From: an uncultured Erysipelotrichaceae bacterium
GTDB lineage: Bacteria; Bacillota_I; Bacilli_A; Erysipelotrichales; Erysipelotrichaceae
NCBI GenBank assembly: GCA_942493105.1
Contig: OW818668.1
Coordinates: 300,001 to 332,000 of the forward strand
Length of the DNA: 32,000 nt
Reading direction: 5' to 3'
Below are positions 18,355-27,352 of the stretch, one piece after another. The translations under genes were made by a program, and so were the position numbers. The notes below the pieces were generated by a model. It did not search any database. It was given only the letters and a program-made list of their open reading frames with translations, and had not been told where the DNA came from. The number at the start of each line of letters is the position of its first letter. The first letter of the stretch is position 1.

Positions 18355-19147
18355 GTTTGATGACTGGTTTTGGGGTCATGAATTTTAAAAGCAAGCCTAC
18401 TGCCAACAATGCAAATCCCAGGTAATATCCTCCATACATCATCTGCATCAATATCAATGGGGCATCCAACAATAAACCTAAAATAAAACCACTTAAGATC
18501 ACATAGGTATGAAAATCAGTATATCTAAAAGGTAACTTCAAAGCTTTAGCAAGATCAGAGAAAATCAAACGAGCCATCTTAAAGATCCAATGCTTACGTC
18601 CTTCACCTAATAAATAAGAGATCGTAAAGGAAATGACGACGGCAATAAAGTACTTATCGAATTTATTTCGAGCTCCACTAAAGCGACTATATGACGCAAA
18701 ATTATTCGCAATGATCAACCCAACCCCTGACCCAATCAACAAGTAAACCTTCGCATTTTGTCTTAGCGCAGAATAAGCATGGATCAGTTCAGGTTTAAGT
18801 TGTTTAATGGGACGTAATGCTTCCCCAAATCCATTCTTTTGTATTTTTAAAAATAAGCGTTTCCCAAATGTAAAGATGATGATCCAATAAATGGTCTTAG
18901 GCAAGATGTCATTATACGTTGCGGTAAGAAAAATAATCGGTCCCGATATGAATGGTGGAATATACTGACTCACTGCTCTCCACCAAAAGGCAAACTGGAA
19001 AAACAAAACGATTCCCAACTGAATGGCCAATTGCTTAGATCGTTTAGGTAGATCTCGTAATGCAGCTTTGGTGATGACCCTTATCCAAGAGAAAAATGTC
19101 TCTTTAGGTCTGGCTTCTTGAGACGTCTGATGTGAACTTGTGGTCAT
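18335..19147 (-). CDS. Hypothetical polytopic membrane protein
   Basis: 270-aa ORF with GGAGA RBS at 19153-19157 and about six hydrophobic segments. No motif I recognise. Overlaps the next gene by 20 nt. Confidence 0.6.
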   Translation of the reverse strand: MTTSSHQTSQEARPKETFFSWIRVITKAALRDLPKRSKQLAIQLGIVLFFQFAFWWRAVSQYIPPFISGPIIFLTATYNDILPKTIYWIIIFTFGKRLFLKIQKNGFGEALRPIKQLKPELIHAYSALRQNAKVYLLIGSGVGLIIANNFASYSRFSGARNKFDKYFIAVVISFTISYLLGEGRKHWIFKMARLIFSDLAKALKLPFRYTDFHTYVILSGFILGLLLDAPLILMQMMYGGYYLGFALLAVGLLLKFMTPKPVIKHEKTMG

Positions 19148-19238
19148 ATGGATCTCCTATGTTTCGTGATTGTTTGAAAGGGAGTTAGGTTGATCAACAA
19201 TAATTTTATACAGCAGTAAACATGTTCCTAATGTCTAA

Positions 19239-19266
19239 ATTATAGCACCCTGTTTAGGTCTGTCAA
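19239..19266 (-). promoter_or_regulatory. Near-consensus sigma-70 promoter for the membrane/rSAM/coiled-coil operon
   Basis: On the minus strand TTGACA (19266-19261), a 16-nt spacer, then TGC-TATAAT (19247-19239). Predicts a leader of about 85 nt. Confidence 0.65.
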
Positions 19267-19351
19267 CGAAGCTTTTTAACCTGTTTTTATATTAAAATTT
19301 GCGCATCTAGATATACATATAAAAAATATTTACATTTTTCTAATATATACC

Positions 19352-19380
19352 TTGACAGGCGATGTATTATGGTGTATGTT
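19352..19380 (+). promoter_or_regulatory. Sigma-70-type promoter for the PadR operon
   Basis: TTGACA (19352-19357), a 17-nt spacer, then TATGTT (19375-19380). Followed by the 8-bp palindrome GTTATAAC. Confidence 0.55.
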
Positions 19381-19404
19381 ATAACCAAAGAAGGGAGTGA
19401 ATCT

Positions 19405-19725
19405 ATGAACATCACCTCTGATCTATTACGAGGACATACTGAAACCATCATCTTAAAACATCTATTAGAAAAAGACAGTTACGGCTATGAAATCAATAAA
19501 GCCATTCAAGAAAAGACAAACAATCAGTATGAACTTAAAGAAGCAACCCTCTACTCAGCCTTCAGAAGGCTGGAAACAGCTGGGCTTATCGTCTCTTATT
19601 GGGGAGATGAACAAACAGGAGCTCGCAGACGATATTATGCGATCACCAATGAAGGAAGAGCCTATTACACACAAAACCGTAAAGATTGGGAAGACGCTAA
19701 AACATTGATTGAAACATTGATCTAA
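19405..19725 (+). CDS. PadR-family transcriptional regulator
   Basis: 106 aa from ATG 19405 (AAGGGAG RBS). Contains LLRGHTETIILKHLLEKDSYGYEI and RRRYYAITNEGR, typical of the PadR winged helix. The tracked start at 19369 lies inside the promoter. Confidence 0.85.
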   Translation: MNITSDLLRGHTETIILKHLLEKDSYGYEINKAIQEKTNNQYELKEATLYSAFRRLETAGLIVSYWGDEQTGARRRYYAITNEGRAYYTQNRKDWEDAKTLIETLI

Positions 19726-19736
19726 AAAGGAGAAAC

Positions 19737-20402
19737 ATGATCACAAAAATCAGAACGTACATCAACCGTGCATTCGAAGATGTACCCAAAACAAAGAAAT
19801 CAGTAGAAATGCAGGAAGAGTTGATCAGTAACTTGATTGAAAAATTCAATGATCAACTCAAGACAGGTAAAAGTGAAGAAGAAGCGTATACAGCCGTTAT
19901 ATCAGGGATTGGCGATTTAAGTGAACTTACAGAAGGTTTAAGAGAAAGACATATCTTATCAGGTCCTACAGCTCAAGAGCGCAGACAAAGTGCATTGACC
20001 ATCGCAGTAGCCGTCATGATCTTCATTATGAGTCCTATGGCTTTGATCTTCAGTGCTGAAGTCTTAGGACAACAAACTTTAGGTTTAGTCAGTATGTTTG
20101 CCTTGATTGCTTGTGGAACAGGCTTATTGATCTTTCATTTCGCAAGTAAACCAAAATACATCAAAGATGATGAAACCATGATTGAAGAATTTAAAGAATG
20201 GAAAGCAGCAAGAGATAAAAATAAACCTCTGTTTGATGCGTTGAGTTCAGCATTTTGGTTGATTATCTTAGCCATTTACTTCTATGTTAACTTCACCTAT
20301 GGATGGTGGGCCTTCTCTTGGATCATCTTCATTATTGGAGCTGCCATCAACAACATCTTAAAAGCACTCTTCAACCTGAGTCGTAACGATCATGAGAAAT
20401 AG
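19737..20402 (+). CDS. PadR-associated membrane protein (DUF1700 / permease-prefix-like N-terminus)
   Basis: 221 aa with a soluble helical N-terminus (EMQEELISNLIEKFNDQLKTGKSEEEAYTAVISGIGD) followed by four TM segments. Position after padR is typical of this family. Confidence 0.6.
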   Translation: MITKIRTYINRAFEDVPKTKKSVEMQEELISNLIEKFNDQLKTGKSEEEAYTAVISGIGDLSELTEGLRERHILSGPTAQERRQSALTIAVAVMIFIMSPMALIFSAEVLGQQTLGLVSMFALIACGTGLLIFHFASKPKYIKDDETMIEEFKEWKAARDKNKPLFDALSSAFWLIILAIYFYVNFTYGWWAFSWIIFIIGAAINNILKALFNLSRNDHEK

Positions 20403-21306
20403 TCGCACGAAGAACGTATTTCTGATCATCATTTGGGGGTTGGTTGCAGCTGTTGCGGTATACTTCTTCAATTCAGCCATACAAAACGGAGGGTTTACTT
20501 TTCAACAAAAATACCAAGGTGAACCTACGGTTATCCTAAATGACATCACACTAAATGAAAGCATAGATTCTATTAGCATTGATTGGATTTCTGGAGGAGT
20601 AAAAATCATCCCTACCACAGGAGATAAAGTCCGCATTGTAGAAAAGTCTTATAAGATGATCGATGAAAACAAAGAAGTCAGAATAACGGTCTTGAATTCA
20701 AAACTAGAACTTGAATCACGCAATAAGGCCGTCTTCAACTTCTTGTGGTTTACCAGTACGCCTACATTTTTAGAAGTGTATCTACCGATCACTACCAGTT
20801 TCAATCTCATCAAGTTAAATGGTGTGTCTGGCAATTATAGCATCGATGAAGTCTATTCAAATCTTATTCAAATTGACATCGTTTCAGGAAACTTGACACT
20901 AGACAACAGTTTCTCAGCCTTATTATCTATGGACATGACCAGTGGAAACGCTACAATAAGCGATTCTGAGCTCTTGTCTGCAGATGTGGAGATGACTTCA
21001 GGTCAGCTCAAGTATGCGGCTAAAACCCAATCTTTTAAAGCCAGAATGACTTCTGGAACCATCAAACTAGATCTTTTGGAACAATTGCCTCAGGTACTGA
21101 ATTTAAAGTTGACCTCTGGTTCTGCAGACATCACGCTTCATGGCACAGATGGATTTAGTTTTGTGGTCAAGAAAACCTCAGGCAGTTTCACCTCTGACTT
21201 TGAAGTCATGACCAGTGGAAATACCTATACGTATAAGGCAGGTGGTCCAGTATACAATGTCGATGTGACCAGCGGAACAGTGAGTGCTCACCTAAAATCT
21301 AATTAA
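20392..21306 (+). CDS. DUF4097-family beta-strand repeat protein (LiaG/YvlB-like putative adhesin)
   Basis: 304 aa with an N-terminal TM segment and at least seven repeats of the x-(T/V)SG-x type (VSGNLTLD, MTSGNATIS, MTSGQLKY, MTSGTIKLD, LTSGSADIT, KTSGSFTSD, VTSGTVSA). Overlaps the upstream gene by 11 nt. Confidence 0.75.
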   Translation: MRNSRTKNVFLIIIWGLVAAVAVYFFNSAIQNGGFTFQQKYQGEPTVILNDITLNESIDSISIDWISGGVKIIPTTGDKVRIVEKSYKMIDENKEVRITVLNSKLELESRNKAVFNFLWFTSTPTFLEVYLPITTSFNLIKLNGVSGNYSIDEVYSNLIQIDIVSGNLTLDNSFSALLSMDMTSGNATISDSELLSADVEMTSGQLKYAAKTQSFKARMTSGTIKLDLLEQLPQVLNLKLTSGSADITLHGTDGFSFVVKKTSGSFTSDFEVMTSGNTYTYKAGGPVYNVDVTSGTVSAHLKSN

Positions 21307-21309
21307 GTT

Positions 21310-21340
21310 AAAGCAGAGACTCATGAGTCTCTGCTTTTTA
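21310..21340 (+). terminator. Rho-independent terminator of the PadR operon
   Basis: GCAGAGAC tcatga GTCTCTGC followed by TTTTT. Confidence 0.8.
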
Positions 21341-21430
21341 AAACATCATTGGTGATAATCATTTTCCTTTTAACACAATATCTTTCGTTAAAATGATTGA
21401 TATGGTAAACTTCTAAATAAGGGCCACATT

Positions 21431-22144
21431 ATGCAACTACAATGGTATTATTTCGCATCTGTCTTATTCATTGCATTGACTTTATGGATCTTTAAAAATA
21501 AAAGCCAAAATCAACGCTTTAGGTTTCTCATGATTTTAGCTGTTATAAATGCATTAGCATACGTGATCAACTGGTACTATTTCTATATTCGCAGCGATCA
21601 CATCCTAACCCTATTACCATTACAGTTATGTAATTTGGCTGTATTTTTAATTCCGATTGCCTTGATCACAAAGAAAGCTGTCATTATGGATTTTGTTTTC
21701 TATATATGTGGATTAGGGGCTTTGGTGGCAATTTTGGTAGTAGGCAGTGATTATCAAGACACTTATTCTATGATGACCATTTCCTTTTATGTCTTTCACT
21801 TCTCGATCTTTTTGATACCAATGTTAAATTCGGTATGGGGATTTCATTCACTTAAACCATCAAGAAAAAGTGCCATTGATTTAAGTATCATGGTGCTTGC
21901 GATATCTTTTTCTTTACATTTATTCAATTTATTTCTCAACAATGTCTTTGATATTCCAGCCAACTATTTCTTTACAATTAAAGATCTTGCTGCACCTACA
22001 AATCCGGCTTTTGCGTTATTTGCGAGTTGGATCCCTTATGATTACATTTACTTAAGTGTTGCCTTCCCCATTCTTTATGTCTATATGTTTATCATTTATG
22101 TTTTTATGCGATTGACATCCAAAATAAAGTCTAACCCATCATAA
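21431..22144 (+). CDS. Integral membrane protein, YwaF/TIGR02206-like
   Basis: 237-aa, roughly seven-TM ORF containing LPLQLCNLAVFL, as I recall for the YwaF family. Confidence 0.45.
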   Translation: MQLQWYYFASVLFIALTLWIFKNKSQNQRFRFLMILAVINALAYVINWYYFYIRSDHILTLLPLQLCNLAVFLIPIALITKKAVIMDFVFYICGLGALVAILVVGSDYQDTYSMMTISFYVFHFSIFLIPMLNSVWGFHSLKPSRKSAIDLSIMVLAISFSLHLFNLFLNNVFDIPANYFFTIKDLAAPTNPAFALFASWIPYDYIYLSVAFPILYVYMFIIYVFMRLTSKIKSNPS

Positions 22145-22148
22145 AGAT

Positions 22149-22181
22149 AACCCTTGATGAATTCATCAAGGGTTGTTTTTT
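22149..22181. terminator. Bidirectional terminator between convergent genes
   Basis: Perfect palindrome AACCCTTGATGAATTCATCAAGGGTT (22149-22174) followed by GTTTTTT. The hydA stop is at 22180-22182. Confidence 0.8.
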
Positions 22182-23940
22182 ATTCACTTTCCAAATCTTT
22201 GAATCTGGGTTTTGCTGTGTAGTGTGTATGCAACAGTTCATGAGCCATATGACTGCCTGGTTCTTGAAGGAAGTTTTTATATAACTCTTGAATTTGAACA
22301 TTCTCATGAGATTTTCTAAATGTACGGCTCACATCTTCATCATACAAAGCATTCGCTCTGACTTTGATATAAGAAGTTCCAATGACATTACGGACGTTCG
22401 CATTGATGATGGATTGGCCACCACCGTTGACACAACCGCCTGGACAACCCATGATTTCGATGAAATGATAAGGTGATTTGCCTGCTCTGATGTCATCGAG
22501 TAAAGGTTTAGCTAATTTCATACTATGAACGACCGCTACTTTAACGATTGTCCCATTGATGTCGACTGAGGCTTCTTTGACACCATCGCCTCTAAGCGCT
22601 AGGAAGTTAACATCAGCCAAAGGTTTCTTAGTTAAGATTTCAGTTACTGTTCTTAAGGCAGCTTCCATAACTCCACCAGATGCTCCAAAGATGACACCGG
22701 CACCTGTATATTCACCAAACATGTCTTGATCAAATTCTTCATCAGGCAAGGTTGGGAAATCGATACCATAAAGCTTAATAAGTCTGCCTAATTCTCGGGT
22801 CGTCAAGACTGCATCGACATCTCGCATCTCTGTGAAATGATTGATTCGAGTCTTTTCTTCTTTTTTAGCTGTACAAGGCATGATTGAAACCACATAGACA
22901 TCTTTTGGATCAACTTGCTTGGTTTCTGCAAAGTAACTCTTTAAGATGGCTCCAAACATCATGTGTGGAGATTTACAGGTAGATACATTAGGGATCAAAT
23001 CTGGATACTCAAATTCCATATAACGGATCCATCCTGGTGAACAAGAAGTCAATAAAGGTAAGACACCCTTGTGTTTAAAGCGATGAATAAACTCAGTGCC
23101 TTCTTCCATGATGGTCAAATCAGCTGCATAGTTGGTATCATATACGCGATCAAAGCCAATTAAACGAAGTGCAGCAACCATTTTACCGGTTACACGTGTT
23201 CCAATCGGCATTCCAAATTCTTCGCCTAGTGATGCTCTAACCGCTGGAGCTGTTTGAACAACGACAACTTTCTTAGGATCATTTAAAGCATTGATGACAT
23301 CATGAATTTCTTCTTTTTCACTTAATGCCCCAACTGGACATACGTTGATACATTGCCCACATTGCATACAATTGACATCATTAAAACTTCGATCGAAAAC
23401 AGGACCAACTTTAGTTTCAAATCCTCTGTCGATAAAGTTTAGGATACCTAAGCCTTGTGTCTTTTTACATTGTTCAATACATCTTCCACACAAGATACAT
23501 TTTGAAGTATCCCTTACAATGCCTGGAGAGACTTCATCAAAGGTTTGTTTAGCCAAAGCTCCTTTGATGTAAGTATGACGCACATTAAGATCTTGAGCCA
23601 ACGTTTGAAGTTCACAGTTTTGATTACGGATACAACTTAAGCAATCTTTACTGTGATTGGATAAAATAAGCTCAACTGTTTTTCTGCGAGAAGAAATAAC
23701 ACGTTTTGAATGAGTTTGTATTTCCATGCCTTCTGAGACAGGATAATTACAAGAGGTCACCAAAGAACGAAGTCCTTTGATTTCGATGACACAGACACGG
23801 CAAGCACCAGATTGATTGATGTCTTTTAAGAAACAAAGACTGGGAACCTGAATTCCTATTTTACGGATGGCTTGTAGGACGGTTTGGTTGGCTTCAACTT
23901 CATATTCTTTGAAGTTGACCTTGATTTTTACAGTGTTCAT
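22180..23940 (-). CDS. hydA: [FeFe]-hydrogenase catalytic subunit (M3 architecture), HydA
   Basis: 586 aa with an N-terminal 2Fe-2S ferredoxin fold and accessory clusters CILCGRCIEQC and CMQCGQCINVCP. H-cluster motifs are L1 TSCSPGW (variant), L2 MPCTAKKEE and L3 EIMGCPGGCVNGGGQ. Confidence 0.9.
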   Translation of the reverse strand: MNTVKIKVNFKEYEVEANQTVLQAIRKIGIQVPSLCFLKDINQSGACRVCVIEIKGLRSLVTSCNYPVSEGMEIQTHSKRVISSRRKTVELILSNHSKDCLSCIRNQNCELQTLAQDLNVRHTYIKGALAKQTFDEVSPGIVRDTSKCILCGRCIEQCKKTQGLGILNFIDRGFETKVGPVFDRSFNDVNCMQCGQCINVCPVGALSEKEEIHDVINALNDPKKVVVVQTAPAVRASLGEEFGMPIGTRVTGKMVAALRLIGFDRVYDTNYAADLTIMEEGTEFIHRFKHKGVLPLLTSCSPGWIRYMEFEYPDLIPNVSTCKSPHMMFGAILKSYFAETKQVDPKDVYVVSIMPCTAKKEEKTRINHFTEMRDVDAVLTTRELGRLIKLYGIDFPTLPDEEFDQDMFGEYTGAGVIFGASGGVMEAALRTVTEILTKKPLADVNFLALRGDGVKEASVDINGTIVKVAVVHSMKLAKPLLDDIRAGKSPYHFIEIMGCPGGCVNGGGQSIINANVRNVIGTSYIKVRANALYDEDVSRTFRKSHENVQIQELYKNFLQEPGSHMAHELLHTHYTAKPRFKDLESE

Positions 23941-23948
23941 GATTTCAC

Positions 23949-25745
23949 CTAAGCTCTTTCAACTGCACCAAATGGGCAGTTTTGGACACAAGCTCCACAA
24001 CGAATACATTTGATCGCATCGATTACATAAGGTTCTTTGCCTAAGACGCCACTAATGGCTGATGTAGGACAACCTTTAGCACATAAACCACATTTCTTAC
24101 ATGCATCTTTATTAATGGAATAATCCAGTAATGATTTACATACTTTAGCTGGACATTTCTTATCTACCACATGGGCTAAATACTCATCTTTAAAATGTTT
24201 AAGTGTGGATAAAACAGGATTAGAAGCCGTTTGACCTAAACCGCATAATGAACTGTCTTTGACATGGATGGCCAAAGCTTCCAAATCGGTTAGGGTCTGC
24301 ATGGTTGCCTTGCCTTCACAAATATCGATCAGCATCTCCAACATACGCTTGGTTCCAATACGACAAGGTGAACATTTACCGCAAGATTCATCTACGATAA
24401 AATCCATATAGAAACGTGCCACATCGACCATACAGTTATCTTCATCTAATATGATCATACCGCCTGATCCCATCATAGAACCTAAGGCAATGAGATTATC
24501 GAAATCGATTGGGGTATCTAAATGTTCTTCGGTTAAACAACCCCCAGAAGGACCACCTGTTTGAACGGCTTTAAAATTCTTGTGTTCAGGACATCCTCCA
24601 CCGATCTCATAAATGACTTCTCTTAAAGTTGTACCCATTGGAACTTCAACTAAACCGGTATTGACGATTTTTCCGCCTAAGGCGAAAACCTTGGTTCCTT
24701 TTGATTTTTCAGTTCCTATGGATGCAAACCAATCTGCCCCTTGATTGATGATGGCAGGAATATTCGCAAATGTTTCCACATTATTGATGATGGTTGGTTT
24801 GCCCCATACGCCTTTTACAGCAGGAAATGGAGGCTTGACACTAGGCATACCGCGTCTGCCTTCTATTGATGCGATCAATGCGGTTTCTTCACCACAGACG
24901 AAAGCACCCGCTCCTAAACGAATTTCAATATCAAACTTAAATCCGGTATTGAAAATGTTCTTACCTAGCATCCCATATTCCTCAGCTTGACCGATCGCGA
25001 TTTTTAAACGTTCAACAGCGATCGGATACTCAGCACGGATATACACATAACCATGGTTAGCTCCAATCGCATAACCAGCAATCGCCATAGCTTCAATGAC
25101 AGAGTGTGGATCGCCTTCCAAAATAGAACGATCCATAAATGCTCCTGGATCTCCTTCATCCGCATTACAAATAACGTACTTTTCATCATTGACTTGATTG
25201 GCTGCAAATTGCCACTTATTTCCAGTAGGAAAACCACCGCCTCCACGTCCTCTTAATCCAGAACGTTTCATCTCGTCTATGACATTTTGCGGAGTCATAC
25301 TCGTCAGTACTTTCGCTAAAGCTTGATAACCATCTAGGGCTATATATTCAGTTACATCTTCAGGGTTGATCAATCCGCAATTGCGTAAGGCAATGCGTTG
25401 TTGTTTCGCATAGAATTTGATCTTTTCAAATTCAAAAATCTTTTCTTTGGTTTCTTCATCGATGTCTGTGATTTCTAAACGTTTGACTGGACGTCCTTTA
25501 TACAGATGTTCATTGACGATCTCATCGATATCCCCTAAAGTAACATGACTATAGAAAACTTTATCAGGATGGATCGCAATGATTGGACCTTTTTGGCATA
25601 ATCCAAAACAGCCTGTCTTAACGACTTTGACTTCGTTTTGAAGATCCTTCATCTTGATGACTTCTTCAAGACGTTTAACGAGCTCTAATGATTTAGAAGA
25701 GGTACAGCCTGTACCAGCACAGACCAAAACATGTGTTCTTTCCAT
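23949..25745 (-). CDS. hydB: NuoF-like flavoprotein subunit of a bifurcating-type hydrogenase, HydB
   Basis: 598 aa with an N-terminal thioredoxin-like 2Fe-2S domain (CAGTGC ... CFGLC) and an FMN/NADH module GRGGGGFPTGNKW. The N3-type cluster is SCGKCSPCR, and there are two C-terminal ferredoxin motifs, CKKCGLCAKGCP and CIRCGACVQNCP. Confidence 0.9.
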   Translation of the reverse strand: MERTHVLVCAGTGCTSSKSLELVKRLEEVIKMKDLQNEVKVVKTGCFGLCQKGPIIAIHPDKVFYSHVTLGDIDEIVNEHLYKGRPVKRLEITDIDEETKEKIFEFEKIKFYAKQQRIALRNCGLINPEDVTEYIALDGYQALAKVLTSMTPQNVIDEMKRSGLRGRGGGGFPTGNKWQFAANQVNDEKYVICNADEGDPGAFMDRSILEGDPHSVIEAMAIAGYAIGANHGYVYIRAEYPIAVERLKIAIGQAEEYGMLGKNIFNTGFKFDIEIRLGAGAFVCGEETALIASIEGRRGMPSVKPPFPAVKGVWGKPTIINNVETFANIPAIINQGADWFASIGTEKSKGTKVFALGGKIVNTGLVEVPMGTTLREVIYEIGGGCPEHKNFKAVQTGGPSGGCLTEEHLDTPIDFDNLIALGSMMGSGGMIILDEDNCMVDVARFYMDFIVDESCGKCSPCRIGTKRMLEMLIDICEGKATMQTLTDLEALAIHVKDSSLCGLGQTASNPVLSTLKHFKDEYLAHVVDKKCPAKVCKSLLDYSINKDACKKCGLCAKGCPTSAISGVLGKEPYVIDAIKCIRCGACVQNCPFGAVERA

Positions 25746-25749
25746 GGCT

Positions 25750-26112
25750 CTACCTATTTCCTACTCGGGTATATGTTTGAAGAACCACACCTTTTTTAAT
25801 GTGGCTTTCTAAGATTTCGATGGCTTTGGCAGGGGTGACTTCCAAATAAGTGGTCTTAATTCCAGCTTGATCGATGATCTCTATGATGGGTTCATGGATA
25901 CACATCCCAATACAGCCTGTTTGTTGGATGGTGACTGGAAGTCCATCTTTTTCAATCCCATCCATCAGTGCTTTCATGACCGGTCTGGCTCCAGCAGCGA
26001 TCCCGCAGGTTGCCATCCCAACCAAGATGCGATACTGGGCATTGTTTTGCCTTAAGTTGACTTTTTTGAGTGCTTCTTCGCGAATACGATTTAATTCTTC
26101 AAGACTTTTCAT
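25750..26112 (-). CDS. Thioredoxin-like [2Fe-2S] ferredoxin
   Basis: 120 aa with MATCGIAAGA and GCIGMCIHEP, a NuoE-like fold fragment. Located 4 nt upstream of hydB. Confidence 0.75.
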   Translation of the reverse strand: MKSLEELNRIREEALKKVNLRQNNAQYRILVGMATCGIAAGARPVMKALMDGIEKDGLPVTIQQTGCIGMCIHEPIIEIIDQAGIKTTYLEVTPAKAIEILESHIKKGVVLQTYTRVGNR

Positions 26113-26662
26113 GATCGATTTCTCCCTTACAGTGCTCGATATTCAAATTGATTTCTGATTCTATCCATTTAAGAATGGCAAGCTCACTGATGGGTACCGG
26201 AGCAATGCTGGTTTCAAACGTTTTACTGTCAAAGGTATAAACGGATGAACTGTAACTGAATGTGAAGACTAAATGTACATCTGAATGACTTTGCAATGCG
26301 ATAAGGACGACTTCTCCAAGATTTCCAAGGGGTGGAGCATCCCAATGATTTGTTTTCCAAGTGCCCTGAATGGTTGTGCCTTGATTGAGCTTGGATTCAA
26401 ATTTAACGAATCCTTCAGCTTGTTGAATGGCTTGAGTAAAGAAGGCAACCCCAAAACCAACTTTACGAGTGGTCCTGGATGTGGTAAATGGACTGCTGAC
26501 TTTTGAAAGCATGACTTCATCCATTCCGATCCCATCATCTTTGATGATGAGGGATGATGTCCCATCTTTTTGATTCAAGATGAAGGATAAATCGATGTGT
26601 GTAGCATTGGCTTTCAAAGAATTCTGAACCAGTTCTAAACTGATCATGGCAAGATCTTGCAT
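26099..26662 (-). CDS. Stand-alone HATPase_c (GHKL) ATP-binding protein
   Basis: 187 aa with N-box ELVQNSLKA and G1 box IKDDGIGMD, and no H-box or dimerisation domain. Overlaps its neighbours by 14 nt and 1 nt. Confidence 0.65.
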   Translation of the reverse strand: MQDLAMISLELVQNSLKANATHIDLSFILNQKDGTSSLIIKDDGIGMDEVMLSKVSSPFTTSRTTRKVGFGVAFFTQAIQQAEGFVKFESKLNQGTTIQGTWKTNHWDAPPLGNLGEVVLIALQSHSDVHLVFTFSYSSSVYTFDSKTFETSIAPVPISELAILKWIESEINLNIEHCKGEIDHEKS

Positions 26663-27351
26663 CAGTCACCCCAGAATTGAGCTAAGGTTTTGGGATTGAT
26701 GGCGAAATTGGCCTCATGAATATCAGATAAATGATGCGCATCAGAATTGATGAAACAAGGCAATTCTGATAAGTGAGGATACTCCTCGATAAAGCGGTGG
26801 ATGTCGTCTTCATGAGAGACTTCAACCCCATCGATAGGTAGATTTTCAGGTATGAAACCCAGTTGATAAATAATGCCGTTCTTACGTCCATAAATATGAG
26901 CCAATACTGCCTTCCCATGATGATCATGGATTACTTGAAGGCAATCTTCTAAGCTCACATTTAGCGAGAAAATCAAAGCGATCTTTTCTTCATCAATGAC
27001 GTGATCATCTTGATCAAATAGATATTGATGACCAAAGAAATTGGGTCGATTAACCACTTTCATTTGATGGTGGGTGATCCATTGTTGCATGGGAAGTAAA
27101 GCTTGATCATCTTTGAAGTAAGCTAATACATGAACCTCTTCTTTGGTTTGGATTTCAATACCATATACATAGTCAAGACCATGTTCTTTCGCAACCTGAG
27201 CGATGATGCCTTGTTGTTTCAAAGAATTGTGATCACAAACGGAAATCATCTGTAATCCTTTTAATTTAGCCATCTGGACGATGTTTTGCGGGCTCATGTC
27301 ATCATTTGCACAAGGTGACAATCCCGAATGGATATGCAAATCATAATACAT
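26662..27351 (-). CDS. PHP-domain metal-dependent phosphoesterase
   Basis: 229 aa from ATG 27351 (MYYDLHIHSGLSPCA, with the HxH motif), then CDHNS and a C-terminal NSDAHH. Confidence 0.75.
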   Translation of the reverse strand: MYYDLHIHSGLSPCANDDMSPQNIVQMAKLKGLQMISVCDHNSLKQQGIIAQVAKEHGLDYVYGIEIQTKEEVHVLAYFKDDQALLPMQQWITHHQMKVVNRPNFFGHQYLFDQDDHVIDEEKIALIFSLNVSLEDCLQVIHDHHGKAVLAHIYGRKNGIIYQLGFIPENLPIDGVEVSHEDDIHRFIEEYPHLSELPCFINSDAHHLSDIHEANFAINPKTLAQFWGD

Positions 27352-27352
27352 A

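Noticed and set aside
20840-21290. Periodic repeat pattern that might suggest a DNA tandem repeat or array
   Set aside because: The periodicity is at the protein level (x-TSG-x beta-strand repeats of DUF4097). The DNA units are divergent and sit inside one continuous ORF, so this is not a CRISPR array or satellite.
25867-26158. Two plus-strand ORFs (62 and 94 aa) over the ferredoxin gene
   Set aside because: They are antisense to a motif-supported 2Fe-2S ferredoxin gene, have low-complexity translations, and fall inside a tightly packed operon.
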